A stretch of DNA of 64,000 nucleotides from Selaginella moellendorffii (GCF_000143415.4 NW_003314328.1:461889-525888), one strand, 5' to 3'. Counted from the stretch's first letter, positions 24,128 to 36,468 are shown. Notes: generated by a model not told the origin, from the sequence alone. Numbers and translations are program-made.

Positions 24128-25689
24128 CTAGCGATGGGAGGCACAGACAATGCGGGGTGACGCGACCGGGCCCCTACCCGCGAGCTCCGCCATCTCGATC
24201 GGCTTCCCAGGCGGCGATCGCCAGCTCCAGCGATGCAAGAGGTAGGCGAGGGTGAGCGTGACATGGGCCATGGCCAGCGGGATCCCGACGCAGCGGCGCC
24301 GCCCGGACGAGAAGGGCAGGAGGTCGAAGTCGTTTCCCAGCACGCTGTGGTCGCTGCCCAGGAATCGCTCGGGGAGAAAGAGCTCGGGGTCGCTCCAGAT
24401 GCTTGGGTCGTGATGGATTGCCCAGATGTTCACGAGGACCGTGGTGTGGGCGGGGATCGTGTAGCCGGCGAGAGTTACCTCGCGATCGTTGTAGTGGGGC
24501 AGGCCCAGCGGCGCGATTGGACGCTTCCGGAAGACTTCCTTGACGATGGCTTGGATGTAAGGCAGGTTTTTTAGATGCGACTCCTCCAAGGGACGATCTC
24601 TCCCCACGACTCTGTCCAGCTCCTCGTGAGCTCTCTCCTGGACTCTGGGGTTTACTATCAGCTCCGAGATGGCCCATTCGATCGTCCCCTTGGACGGTCC
24701 AGTGCCGGCCATCAGCAGATCCTGCGTCCCACGCTTACGTGAGAAACAACGAAGAACGCAAGACTTTTCTTTCTTCTTTTGCTTACCTGGAGCAGTGCGA
24801 TGATCTGGTCGTTGCTAAGCTTGTTTTCTCCTCCCAGAGTCAGCATCACGTCGACGAAGTCCCGGGGATTTTCTGGATCGAAGTCTTTCGCGTGCTCCGC
24901 GATGACTACTTCCAGAAAGCGAGATCTTGCTGGTAGGACTTCATTCTTGAGTCGGTTTTGCGTCCCTCTGAGCGTGTCCAGCCATCGCATCGCAGGGATG
25001 TAATCACCGGCAAACAGCCTCCTGGATTCTTTCGCTTGGATCGCCCACGACGCCTTGTAGGCTTCGGCCTCGGGAGTGAGCGGCGTGTCAGTGCCGTAGA
25101 ACTTCCTCCCGAACAACACGCACGTCATGAGGTTGGTGAAGTACTCCTGCAGCATGGAGCTGAGATTAAACTCGTGCCCGTCTTTTGCAGACGCCTCGAC
25201 GGTCGCTCCAAACGCTCCCAGCTCCCTCTTGCGAGTGCTGGCAAAGTGGCTCACCTTGGAGGCCGTGAAGAGCTCTGTGCCGCACACTCGCCGCAGCATC
25301 TTCCATCGCTCGCCGTGCGGTGCGAAGATAAGGTCCTGGAAGTTGTGGCTAATGAGTCGACCGATGGTGAAGAACAGGGGCCTGCTCGCAAACTCGACGT
25401 CGTGCTCCTTGAGGACTTGCCTCGCCATCTCCGGGCTGCTGATGATGATGTGAGGCCGGACTCCCAGCCGGAGTAACATAACAGGGCCATACTTTCGAGC
25501 CATCTCGGCCAGGGAGCGATGCCGATGGGGGCCGAGCGAGAAGAGAGAGCCAACGAGGGGCCATGAGAAAGGACCTGGTGGGAAGTTCTTCTTGCTCCTC
25601 GCGCTGGTGGAGTGGAAGATCTGGAAGAGGAGCAGCAGGGCGGCCAGTGACGAGCAAATCCAAGTCGCCAAGAGCAGCAGCACATCCAT
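24128..25689 (-). CDS. Cytochrome P450, CYP71-clan (A-type); exons 25689-24787, 24721-24128
   Basis: Membrane anchor, PPGP hinge, WxxxR, KEVFR, PERF, PFSSGRRRCVG heme motif. Single intron just before the I-helix motif. Confidence 0.93.
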
Positions 25690-26229
25690 GATGTTGCCCG
25701 GGTAGAAAAAAGAGATTGGTGGAGCTTTAAGTACGTCGAAGTGATGGATCGAAGGCCCCGGAGGGTGTGTTCGTCGAAGCATCCATGATGTTGCCCGGGT
25801 AGAAAAAAGAGATTGGTGGACCTTTAAGTGGCCTATTGCACAAAGTTCGGTTTTCGTGGACAAGACGCTTTTTTGTTTTTCTATGGCGGCTATGATAATT
25901 TATTGTAATATAAAAGATATTCTGAGAATAATGTATTTTAGCTAAGATCGCTTTTAAACTAATGACAAGTCTTTGGGATTTTGGTGATCTCATGGCAATT
26001 GTGCAGGTGCTCCTCTGAGCGGTTTCACCTTGGGCTGCTATCTGGCTCTACTGGATGACGGCAAGCACTGAAGCAAGGAGTCGGCCAAGCATCCGGAACA
26101 GTTGATCTTCCGATTGAGCTCTTCAGTCAGGTTGAGAATTTGGGAGGCTCTGGCTGCCAGTAGATCCAAGACCTGTGGTCGGGCTGGGTTTTACAGCCGT
26201 TTAACTGGAGAAACTACCTGATCGTGCTC

Positions 26230-26560
26230 ATGAGTTACGTTGGCGAATCACTCTACGGCCGCCGTGATGGGAGCCAGGCTGCTGGTGCGGTGCATAATAT
26301 CAGCCCCAGGAACGTTGCTTACTGCGAGCAAGGCGTTGGTTTGGAGAGGTTCTACCTTTTCGACTTCGGGATTGTCGCATCTGTGTCAGACAACAATGGG
26401 GAAACCAGCCCTGACAAAGTCGGTGTTGGCAATGCAATTGATGCTTCAACGAAAAGGTGCCCAAGATGGATCCACTATGGTCGGCTGCTGCGCAGGAGGA
26501 GGACTCGGTGGTTACCATCCAACAGCAGGCAGTTGCAAAAAGGCAGTGTTTACCTGATGT
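26230..26560 (+). pseudogene. Degenerate protein-kinase-like fragment
   Basis: VHNISPRNV resembles H(R)DISPxN with a deletion, followed by FYLFDFG. No intact N-lobe. Confidence 0.4.
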
Positions 26561-27199
26561 TTCATCACCTTCTTTTCACCCCTTTTCCGGTATGTCATGA
26601 TCATTTTCAGTGTCTAATGCTCTCTTCAAATGGCAGTAGATCCCACTGCTATCATTGCATTCCCGAGTCCTCACAACATCACCTTGGACACCGCATTAAT
26701 GCTGCCACAATGAAGATTTTAGTGTATATAAGGATGTCATCTATATCTAGACATGTTTCTCTATCAAAACTTCGCTCCAAAATAGAAGATAAAAAGATGG
26801 TATATAAGTTATTTTAGCTAAAATAAAATACTAGTAGTAGGGCATAAGCCAGCTATGGTAAGTTCCATTTTCTCTTCCAAACTTCTTGCTCTAAATCTTG
26901 TGTTAGAGAAGCTTCTTTCCCTCGTGAATGTTTTGTCTCTCTCAAGGACCAATTGTAGGCACCAGGAATAAAAAGTTTAATTGGGGTTGGCAAAAAGGGA
27001 GCCAAGTCAACAAGGAGCTGAGACATAATATTTTAATATTTCTGATTTTAATATACTAAGATTATTCTTGTGTAATAAATTAATATTCGAAAACATTTCA
27101 TCATTATAACTATATATTAAATCATTTAGTAATTATAAATATACTTTATGCTGTAACTATCAGATATTATTATAACTATAACAAATTATATCTCAAATC

Positions 27200-27217
27200 C
27201 ACACACACACACACACA

Positions 27218-27272
<55 letters not shown>
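27200..27272. repeat. Compound (CA)n(TA)n microsatellite
   Basis: About (AC)10 followed by about (TA)26. Confidence 0.98.
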
Positions 27273-27274
<2 letters not shown>

Positions 27275-27939
27275 AACTAGATTGCTTTCTTCTTCTCTCT
27301 CACCTTTTCTATTTTTCTCTCTTCTTCTCCTATGCATAATCATTAATGAGCTTTAACATAAAAATTGACTTCTTCTTAATGCATATGTTATAATGGTTCG
27401 AATGCCTCCCCATAAACTTAAGTACAATCTTTATATACGGTGGCATATCCTCAAGAGCTTTCTTTATAATAACATGCTAAAACCATTGCATGATGTTGGG
27501 ATTGCAATCTAATCCAAAGGCATTGCAACCATTATGTCAAGTAATAACCAAGAAAACCTCTGTACCACTAAAGAAGTAAAAAATACTACCACCCTCATCA
27601 TAAAGGTATCACATAAATATATCTGCCAAAATTTCTAACTTTTGCACCTCTAGAAAATATTGGAGATATTTTCTTGTTTAAAAAGAAATAACTTACCAAG
27701 TTTTGTATTTAATGTCACTATGGCAATGTTGGTATTAAAGAGGTTTCAGGTCCAACTCTATTGATTGGCTAAAGAAATCACACCATATATTGAGATTGAC
27801 ATTTAAGAGGTTTAATTTGCCTCTAACTAGACTCGACTTGAAAAGGTAAGGTGTATTCCATTTACAAAGGCACGAATTTGCAAAAAAGTGTAATGGATTA
27901 TAAACAACTAAAAGAAAAGAAAAAAGCCCATGAACAAGA

Positions 27940-28254
27940 TGTAAACTCCTAAATTTGGACTTCTCAGGAAGTCATCAAGCCCAATACTATTTAAACCCAA
28001 AGACACTTAACCCCAAATATCCCAAGACCCTTAACCAATTGGAAAAAGGGTGTACTTTTATTTATGGGCCCTTTCCCTTTATATTTGAACTCTTATGGAT
28101 TGTCTCTCGAGTTGTTCTTTTTAGTTACTTACATAAGAGTGCATATTCTTTTCCAATTGATTAAAGGTTTTAGGATATTTGGTTTTAAACATCTTTGGGT
28201 TTAAGTAGTATTAGGTTGGATGACATCCCAGAAAGTCCAAATTTATGAGTTTAT
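27940..28254. mobile_element. MITE-like foldback with ~120-bp imperfect inverted arms; third arm copy at ~32830-32951
   Basis: tgtaaactcctaaatttggacttct... versus ...agaaagtccaaatttatgagtttata. No TSD recognised. Confidence 0.7.
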
Positions 28255-28930
28255 AGTAAGCTCGAGAAAGCATCTATGCCATCTCAACTATTTGCAATAT
28301 CATTCCAAAAGTTAAACACTAACTGAAAGTCCCACAAAATTCATTTATAAGACTAACACTGGAATAAAACTACGCTGGATCACTCTTATCAATAAGTGAG
28401 CACAAAAAAGAGTAAAACTATAATTTATTTGCTCAATATGAAGATTCACTAATAGAGGAACTCTAAGAATGGTGATACATAAACTTCTTTAGTTCCTTGA
28501 GAAATAACTTATATTACTTGAAATCCTTAGTATTTAGAGCTTTCTAATCTTCACCAATCTTAAAATCATCACTAAAATCCTCGTTAGTGTATTTTTTTAT
28601 ATGTTTTATAGCTTTGTTGAAGAATAATTTTGGCCAAGTCTTCCATAGCTCTATGTTAGATAACAAAATGGCCAAGTGCTTTTGGTATCTCGTTTGGATC
28701 ATTAATATATGGCTTTCACCCAAGCTTGCAAGAAAGCTTTCTTCCTTCTTTGAAATTTGGATTTCTTCCACCTCAGAATTAGCTAAATAACATAGTTAAA
28801 AACAAAATAAATAAAGAAATTTTGTGGGCTTACTAGATGTAATAAACACTTTTAGTGCATTTTGAGTAACATGCTTTCTCCTCTTCTTTTTTAGTTGTGT
28901 CTTTACTTCAATGGATTTATCAATACCATC

Positions 28931-30077
28931 TGTAGCGCACGTGGTTTTGACCCTTTATCCTATGGTAATTTACCATAGGATAACACCACGAAGCGGAACC
29001 TAAACCCTCTTTGTGCCACGTGACAGATGCCACGTGTCACATACTACGTGTCCATGCCACGTGTCCATAGGAACCCGAGGTTCAGGGCCTTGGGCCACTG
29101 AACGAAGGAACGGTGCCAAACTCCCAAGCGTGACGCCAAGGAGTGATGGAACCGGACCATGGAGCAACTCCCGAGCATATAGCCCAAGGAGCGAAGGGAT
29201 AGGAGCCCGGAGCGACTTGGAACAGTCCTGGAGCAACCAGCATACCAATGCCAGGACCAGCACGCAAAACGGAGCCAAACGGAGTCTGGTGCTATTTCGG
29301 CATACCGGTGGCCTAACGTGAGGATATGGGTACTCCACCAGCTAGCATGGAATGGAACTTGGGCTTAGACCCAAGCCGGACGCAGAACAAGGACAGGCAC
29401 GCAAGCGGGAGCTAGACTATGCCTCAGGTTGGTCGGCCATGCCCGACCTACCCACTATCCCTACTATACATTTGGAACCCCCCACAGCCCCCCCCCCTTG
29501 AGGAACACACGCTTTGGGCTTTCACCCCAAGCCTCCCTTAGTATCAGGAGTTAGTCTCTGGGACAAGCTTGAAACTTACTAAATATGGAATGTCCTTAGA
29601 TTGCGAATTTGGGCACGGGACGAACACCGTTGTGTTCAGGACAATCTCTACATTCCGTAGATATGCCAAATGAGCAAATCTGGACACTTTCCATAAATAG
29701 CATTTGGGACCGAAATGAGACTAACACAAAGGGCATGATAGCGAGGGTGTTTGGCAGACACGGTAAGCTATCATGTAGCGATATTGAGGGACCAATCTCA
29801 ATACGCGAGGGTTCTTGTCAAGCCAGTGCAAGACAGAGCAAAAGAGAACTAAAAAGCCAGGCCAAGTATGCTTGGCTGAATAGACACTTAGGAATTCCGT
29901 CCTTATGCTCATCCGGCCAAGTACAGATGCAAAGTCCAGTTTACTAACACTTGAACAAGAGGGGCTAATAAAGGGAACCAGCAATACCGACCTCCTGCCA
30001 TCGTGGCAGTAAGGTAAGAGTGTCCGTAAGGACTAGTCGACAGGTAACTTTCGATACCCGAAGTCACATGCGCGACA
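28931..30077 (-). mobile_element. Solo LTR (1147 bp)
   Basis: TG...CA ends (tgtagcgcac...atgcgcgaca) and perfect 5-bp TSD CCATC. Orientation inferred from motifs shared with oriented LTRs. Confidence 0.9.
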
Positions 30078-32259
30078 CCATCGAATTCTATCAAAAAATC
30101 CTTGATGGTTGCAAGTTACTTTTCCTGTCTTGTATATACAAGTTCCATATATCTTTCTCCCTCTTTAATAAAGATCTAACCACAAAAAATAGTATTCCCA
30201 CTTCTAGTTTATGACCTCAGTATGTTTAGGTAATTTTTTGTCTCCATACATATAGGTAAGCAAGGTAAGGGACAACCAATAGTTGGAATTGCCTTTTATA
30301 TAGATTTGAAGTACTTGAAAATTTAAATTTGAAAAGTACAAAGTGATGAAAGTGTTAATTGGATACAAGACTTTAGCCAACTTTTTGCATTACTACATCG
30401 TTTATCTCATCCCTTTAATCTTCACTTCAATCTTAGCTTTACTAAACACTAACTGAAGCTATAGCTAAATCTATAGAATGCCAAACTCAAGCTCACATTT
30501 GCTATAACACTCTTATACTATTTTGTACTTTGATCGAATTGCTCTAGAGAAGTGTTATTCACCCACCTCCTCAACATATATAATTTCTTTCTCCACCACC
30601 TTGATGTTCATCATTTTTTTCTTCCATTAAACTCGGAATGGCTTATTAATAGTTGGGACTGAAGAATGGATAACTATAGATGATTCACCAGATGCTCTAA
30701 ACTCCTTGAATGCTACTAGCTTATATAAATTTGGAATTTGTGCTGAAGCTACCATGTTTATCTTCTCAAACATACACTATTTATACTATGGATCCTTTAT
30801 ATTAAATCTTGTCATAGCATCAAAACATTCCTCTCTAAGATCCAAATGTGAGATATTAATCAACTTCATCATTTTTACTATATGTTTTTGCTTGATTTTA
30901 TATTCTTCTTTAGTAATAGCATCAACATCTAATCTCTTCTTCTTCAATCTCTCGAAGTCCTTATTGATGTTATACTAGAGAAGCAAAAAAAAAACTCAAA
31001 ATGAGTACTTTAGCAAAATTAAATACCTTGAATGGAATACATGTGTAGATTATCGGGGGAAATTGGCATAAATATCATGCTTCTTAAATTGATTTACTTT
31101 GGCAACTGTCATATTGAGTTGGACTTTTTCCTCGTCTGTGAGCTCATATATAATCTTGCTAGCATCTGCTTGAAAAATATTCCGCACAACCATGATTGTA
31201 TATAGAAGAGTTATTTTGACTATTGCATCTTCATGTTGCTTATATTAAGAAAGTTATATCAATAAAGAATCTAAAGAAGAAATAGGCATATTTATTTATT
31301 GAAATCAAAGCCATAATAAGTGTTATATGATTTTTGTCCTGGAACTCTTTCACCACAACATTTGCCATGATATAGTATTTTGCAATCTTGGATTTAGATA
31401 GTTCAAATATCCATAGCAACTATAGCTCGAGCTAGTGATTTCCCTCCCATACAAGTAGCATTCGATTAAAAAGACCCTCCTTCCATTCGGCATAAGTCTC
31501 ATTCTTCAAAGTGGCCTTAAATTCCATGTCAAGTTATTACCATATCTCATTCTAGAAAGTTTTTTTCTCATTCAAGAGCATTGGACCCTTTGCCACAATA
31601 AACTTAAACTTTATTTACACAAAGCCTTGTTGTTAAATGGAAAACTTAAGCTAATCCAATCACATTAGATTTGAGATCATATGGTATAGAGGCATTTGGG
31701 GATGTGGAATTTTCTTTTTGATTATCATCTATTATAGTAAATTCAAGACAACCTCCACTTTAAACTTTAAGGGACAATTAAATGAGTTTATATCCAGAAC
31801 TTCCTCTTGTATTTAGAGTTTTTCATTTTGCTTTTACTTTGCATTAACTCCATCCTTGGCTCTATTTGGTTCCTCTATAGCCATTCTTCTTTATACAACT
31901 TAAATCTCCAAAGGGTTAAAGCCATCATCATCTTCTTTTTCATCTTACTATTACTCATTTTTTCTTCAGAGTCATCTCCAAACAATTAGGGATCTTGGGT
32001 TTGCTCGGGATTCTTGGGTTTGGTTGCTTTCTGGATGTGAGAAAGGTTCTCTCACCTATACTATGTCTATGTTCCTCACGGCATTAATAGCAATATTCTT
32101 GATAAATATTTTTTTCTTGCACATGTTGTAGTAAGTCACCAAAGTCTAGATAGCACAGGCATGAACTTGAAGAAAAAAAAAAAACAAAATGAAGATCAAT
32201 AATTACAAATTAAGATGGCTAAGCATAAGAATCGGTTGCGAATCAAGCTACTACATTCA

Positions 32260-32600
32260 CCACCAAGTTGCCATGAGGGGAGCCATAGTGTCACTCCTCC
32301 TCACGTGGCAAAAGGGGTGGTAGCACTCACCACCACTCAGGAGGAAGCCACAATGCTACTCTTAGCTCAAGTGTTGGCACTTGCCATCATTTGGAGTTGC
32401 TATAGAGGGAGCCATAACATTGCTCCCCCTCATGCGGCAGCTCGAGTGTTGGTGCTCACACCACTTGGAGCTGTTGTGGGGGGAGCCATGGCATTGTTCC
32501 CTTTTATGTGGTAGAATGGGTGGTGGCACTTGCCACCACTTGAAGTGACTATGGGAGGAGCCACAACATTGCTCCCTCTCACATGGTAGTGCACAATTCC
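32260..32600. repeat. Degenerate short repeats (ggagcca(c/t)a..(a/g)ttgctccc-like)
   Basis: About five diverged copies next to the TIR-like arm at 32830-32951. Confidence 0.5.
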
Positions 32601-33781
32601 TTTGGTCAAATTGCCATAGCATTGCTTAAGCTCTCATGGCAAATCAAGCTTGCTCAACTTGGGCCGCTATAGCACTGCTTGAGCTCCTATGGTAGATTGA
32701 GCTTGCCCAACTTAGGCCACCATAGTTGCCATGTAATGGGACACAGTGCTGTGGCTCTCTATAAGCAACCAAAGGGAATAACTTGAGAAATGATCCATTG
32801 GGGTTTAAATATAAAAGAAAAAGGCTTATAAACAAGAGTGCACTTTTTCCAATCGGTTAAGGGTCTTGGGATACTTAGGGTTAAACATCCTTGGGTTTGA
32901 ATAGTACTAGGTTGGGTGACCTCTCGAGAAGTCTAATCTCAGGAACTTACACTCCTCCATGACAACACAGGCTATGGCATCTATGACAATTTATCTATAT
33001 GTTTGTTGCTCCTCACCACATTCAACCCATCTCTTGCTAAGAAACCCTAGCTATTAAGAACACTTACCCAATTTTAATACTGACCTCAGCCTTAAAAACC
33101 CTTAAAACCTTAAAATCAATTTTGGAGAAAACAAAATAAAGTTATAACTAAAAGAATTTACTATCATTAATGACTTGATTTTTCTTGTAAGATATGTTTT
33201 AATTTTCCCACATTTTATGAAGATCCAATAGTGAGTAATGTTGCAATAACAATAGTGAGATATCAAAGGAAGGAGTTAGTCACTAAAAATTGAGTCACTG
33301 ATAAAGAAATGATTTTTATATGCTTTCTTTGGGCTTCAACTTGATTGAATTAGAATGTTGTAAAAAGCTCAAGGTATATGGTTATTTTGGGTTTCTGTGA
33401 CAAAGATATTTTTAGGAAAATATATATACACCAAATCCAATTGTAGAAGTAGAGTTTCAACTATAAAAGTTTATGGTAGATTCAAATGATAGATCAATCC
33501 GGAGTAGAGAGGTTATTTCTTCAATGGCAAATGAGAAGGAGCTATGTGTATCCTTGGCAATAGCAAACTCTTCAATGGCAAATTTAACAAAAAATATAGA
33601 TATAGGAAAATATATGGGTAGTGGATTTATGTTTGAGCTACTAAAGCCTCTAAAATTTATAAGCACCCTAATTTAAAGTACCAATGCGGAATTCTTGTGA
33701 ATTGATTTTAACTTCTTAAATACTATGATGGAGATTTGGTCCTTAAGCTTCTACCTTCTAAAAATTTCATGTAGGGGATAT

Positions 33782-34640
33782 TGTCACGAATGTGACTTCG
33801 AGTATCGAAAGATATTTGTCGGCCAATCCTTACGGACACTCTTTCCTTACTGCCATGATAGTAGAAGGTAGGTACAGTTGGTTCCCTTTATTGTTCCCGC
33901 TTGAGCTAGTTGAGAAACTGGTCAATGATTGTGTACTTAAATCAGATAAACATAAAGTAGGAACCCTATGTGTTTCTTGCTAAGCATACTCGGCCTGGTT
34001 TGAGAAACTTCTATTATTAGCTTGCATTTGCTAGTATCAGGAACTCTCGCGTATTGAGACTAGTCCCTCAATATTGTTGAATGATAGCTTACCGTGTTTG
34101 CCAAACACCCTCGCTATCATGCCCTTTGTGTTGGTCTCATTTCAATTCCAAATACTATTTATGCAAAGTGTCTAGATTCACTCATTTGGCATATCTACGG
34201 AATGTAGAGGTCGATCTGAACACAATGGTGTTCGTCTCGTGTCCAAATTCGCAATCTAGCGCCATTCTATATTTAGTAAGTTTTTGAGTTTATCCCAAAG
34301 ACTAACTCCTGATACTAAGGGAGGCTTGGGGTGAAAGCCCAAAGCATGTGTTCCTCAAGGGGGGGGAGGGGAGGGGGGTTCCAAATGTATAGTAGGGATA
34401 GTGGTTGGAATGCATGTCCGACCATTTGAGACATTAGTTTAGCTCTTGCTTGGCTGTGTCGCTCTTTGTTCTGCGTTCGGTTTGGGTCTAAGCCCAAGCT
34501 CCACGCTGCTCTAGTTGGTGTAGGGTACCCTCCTCCTCGCATTAAGCCACCGGTATGCCAAAATTGTGCCAAACTCCGTTTAACACCATTTTCCGTGCAG
34601 GTGCTGGATACAGGGAGCTGGTGCTTGTGGGATTGTACCG
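33782..34640 (+). mobile_element. Truncated, diverged LTR of the same family as 28931-30077, inverted
   Basis: Begins tgtcacgaatgtgacttcg (reverse complement of the 30077 end). Long reverse-complement match to 29230-30077. Confidence 0.88.
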
Positions 34641-34899
34641 GACCCTCATTTCATAGTGCAACGGGCTTGGAGTTCAACTCTAAATTCAGGTGCACTACAG
34701 ATATGTTAGGATTAGGATTAGCATATTTGGGTCAAACTTATGGTTTAGAGAGCTAAATAGTTTGCTAGAAGAGTCCAAATAAGTCAATGCTTCAACTTGG
34801 ACTACCTATATTACAACCAGTTTCAAGAGTTCAATTGCAAAAAATTTCACTGCGTATTATATATTTAACCTAAACATGGTGAAGTACTTACAAAGCAAC

Positions 34900-35070
34900 T
34901 TGGTTTTGTGAAATGTCTCTTTTACAAGAAGTTTCCATAATGTGAAAGAAAATGTGAAACTCACATATTTTATATTGTCCCAAAAGATGTGACATTCACT
35001 ATAGTAACAATTCACATTGGTCAGCATAACCATTTAGTGGTGAGTGGGACATGCTTGGAATCTTTGGATG
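34900..35070 (+). pseudogene. Relic Cys/His zinc-binding domain of WRKY/GCM/MULE type
   Basis: Translates KC..(Y)..FP*C...C...IFYI....T..IHIGQHNHLVVSG.C.ESLD with an internal stop. Confidence 0.35.
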
Positions 35071-35683
35071 TGGCTACATCTACTCTTTCAAATATAGTAG
35101 AGAGCTCAACCTATAGTTATAGTTACTAAAATAGTAAACGAGTTAATTCTTCAAAACTTTTTACAATCAATTTCAAACACTACGACACCTTCATCTTAAC
35201 AATTAAGCAAAGCACTAGATAGTCTTCTAGCACTTATCAACAAACAAAAGTAAAATCTAGTCACTTTGAAATATTATTTTGTACTTACTTTAAAATATCT
35301 TTACAAGATACAAACTATGATAATCTATTTCTAGATTTTGGCAAATTGATGGCATACAAAAGGATTTTCTTCTTCGGCTAGATTGAGTCATCTTTGTAAC
35401 AGGAATTTGTGTTTCTCCGGGCTTCGTTTTGAATGCCGTTTGTTTCTAGAGGTGCTCATGATCCTAGGCTTTCCAAAAACTACCAACGGTGCTTTAGTAT
35501 TGATCTACATTAGTGACATGCACATGTTTTTCCACAATATTGGTGTTCTGGGCTTCCTCTTCTTGGATTTCAGGGAATATTGAGGTAGCTTCTTCACAAA
35601 TTCCTGCGATAGAGGGTAAACAGGGCTGAGCCCTTTCCAACGAGCCCACCAACAATCAAAATGGGGAAGGATCGAGACAAGAG

Positions 35684-36468
35684 TGTAGCGCACCTTATCT
35701 CTCTCCCCTTAAGCCAACTGGAAAAGGGGCAATTGCTTGATGAGAGAGCCCTTAGTGGCTATTTTATCCCCATTTATCCCCCAAGGTTCCAAGGATCCAC
35801 GCACCTTATCTCTCTCCCCTTAAGCCAACTGGAAAAGGGGCAATTGCTTGATGAGAGAGCCCTTAGTGGCTATTTTATCCCCATTTATCCCCCAAGGTTC
35901 CAAGGATCCACGGTGACAGTATATCCAAATCTCATCCCATGATCACATGCGCTACACTCACCCCCCCTTTAGAGATGTCAATGTCCTCATTGACTATTGA
36001 CTAACAACCCCTACTGAGCCAAGGGGAACCAGCACCTCCATTTCCGCAGTTAATCTACCAATCCTTCCATTGTGTAGACCAGCTATTCCATGTGAGGCAA
36101 CTAGTCATCCACCCGTACCACAGTCCCACGGTGGATACCTTCGTCTGTGGATACTCCACACAAGAGGAAGGACGTACGCATGGATGCCCAATACGTACGA
36201 TTTCAAATTTAGGGGTAGAAATATACCTTGCTCAAGGGTATATTATACTTTTAAGTAGCCACTAATCAATGGGAATCAAACCCGTGCCATTTGCTCTGAT
36301 ACCAACTGTAGCGCACGTTATCTCTCTCCCCTTAAGCCAACTGGAAAAGGGGCAATTGCTTGATGAGAGAGCCTTTAGTGGCTATTTTATCCCCATTTAT
36401 CCCCCAAGGTTCCAAGGATCCATGGTGACAGTATATCCAAATCTCATCCCATGATCACATGCGCTACA
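35684..36468 (-). mobile_element. TRIM copy 1 (LTRs 35684-35956 with internal 111-bp duplication, and 36307-36468)
   Basis: 162-bp TG..CA LTRs, tRNA-iMet PBS TGGTATCAGAGC (~36293-36304, minus), G-rich PPT next to left LTR, perfect TSD AAGAG, no coding capacity. Confidence 0.95.

Noticed and set aside
5961-25689. Biosynthetic gene cluster (prenyltransferase + P450)
   Set aside because: SPS is a primary plastoquinone/ubiquinone enzyme about 17 kb from the P450, with unrelated housekeeping genes between.
28931-34640. Single element with long inverted terminal repeats (DIRS-like or foldback)
   Set aside because: The left repeat has its own perfect TSD and the right is truncated and diverged, so these are two independent LTR insertions.
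35684-36468. Cassandra TRIM (5S rRNA in LTR)
   Set aside because: No 5S-like sequence recognised in the 162-bp LTRs.
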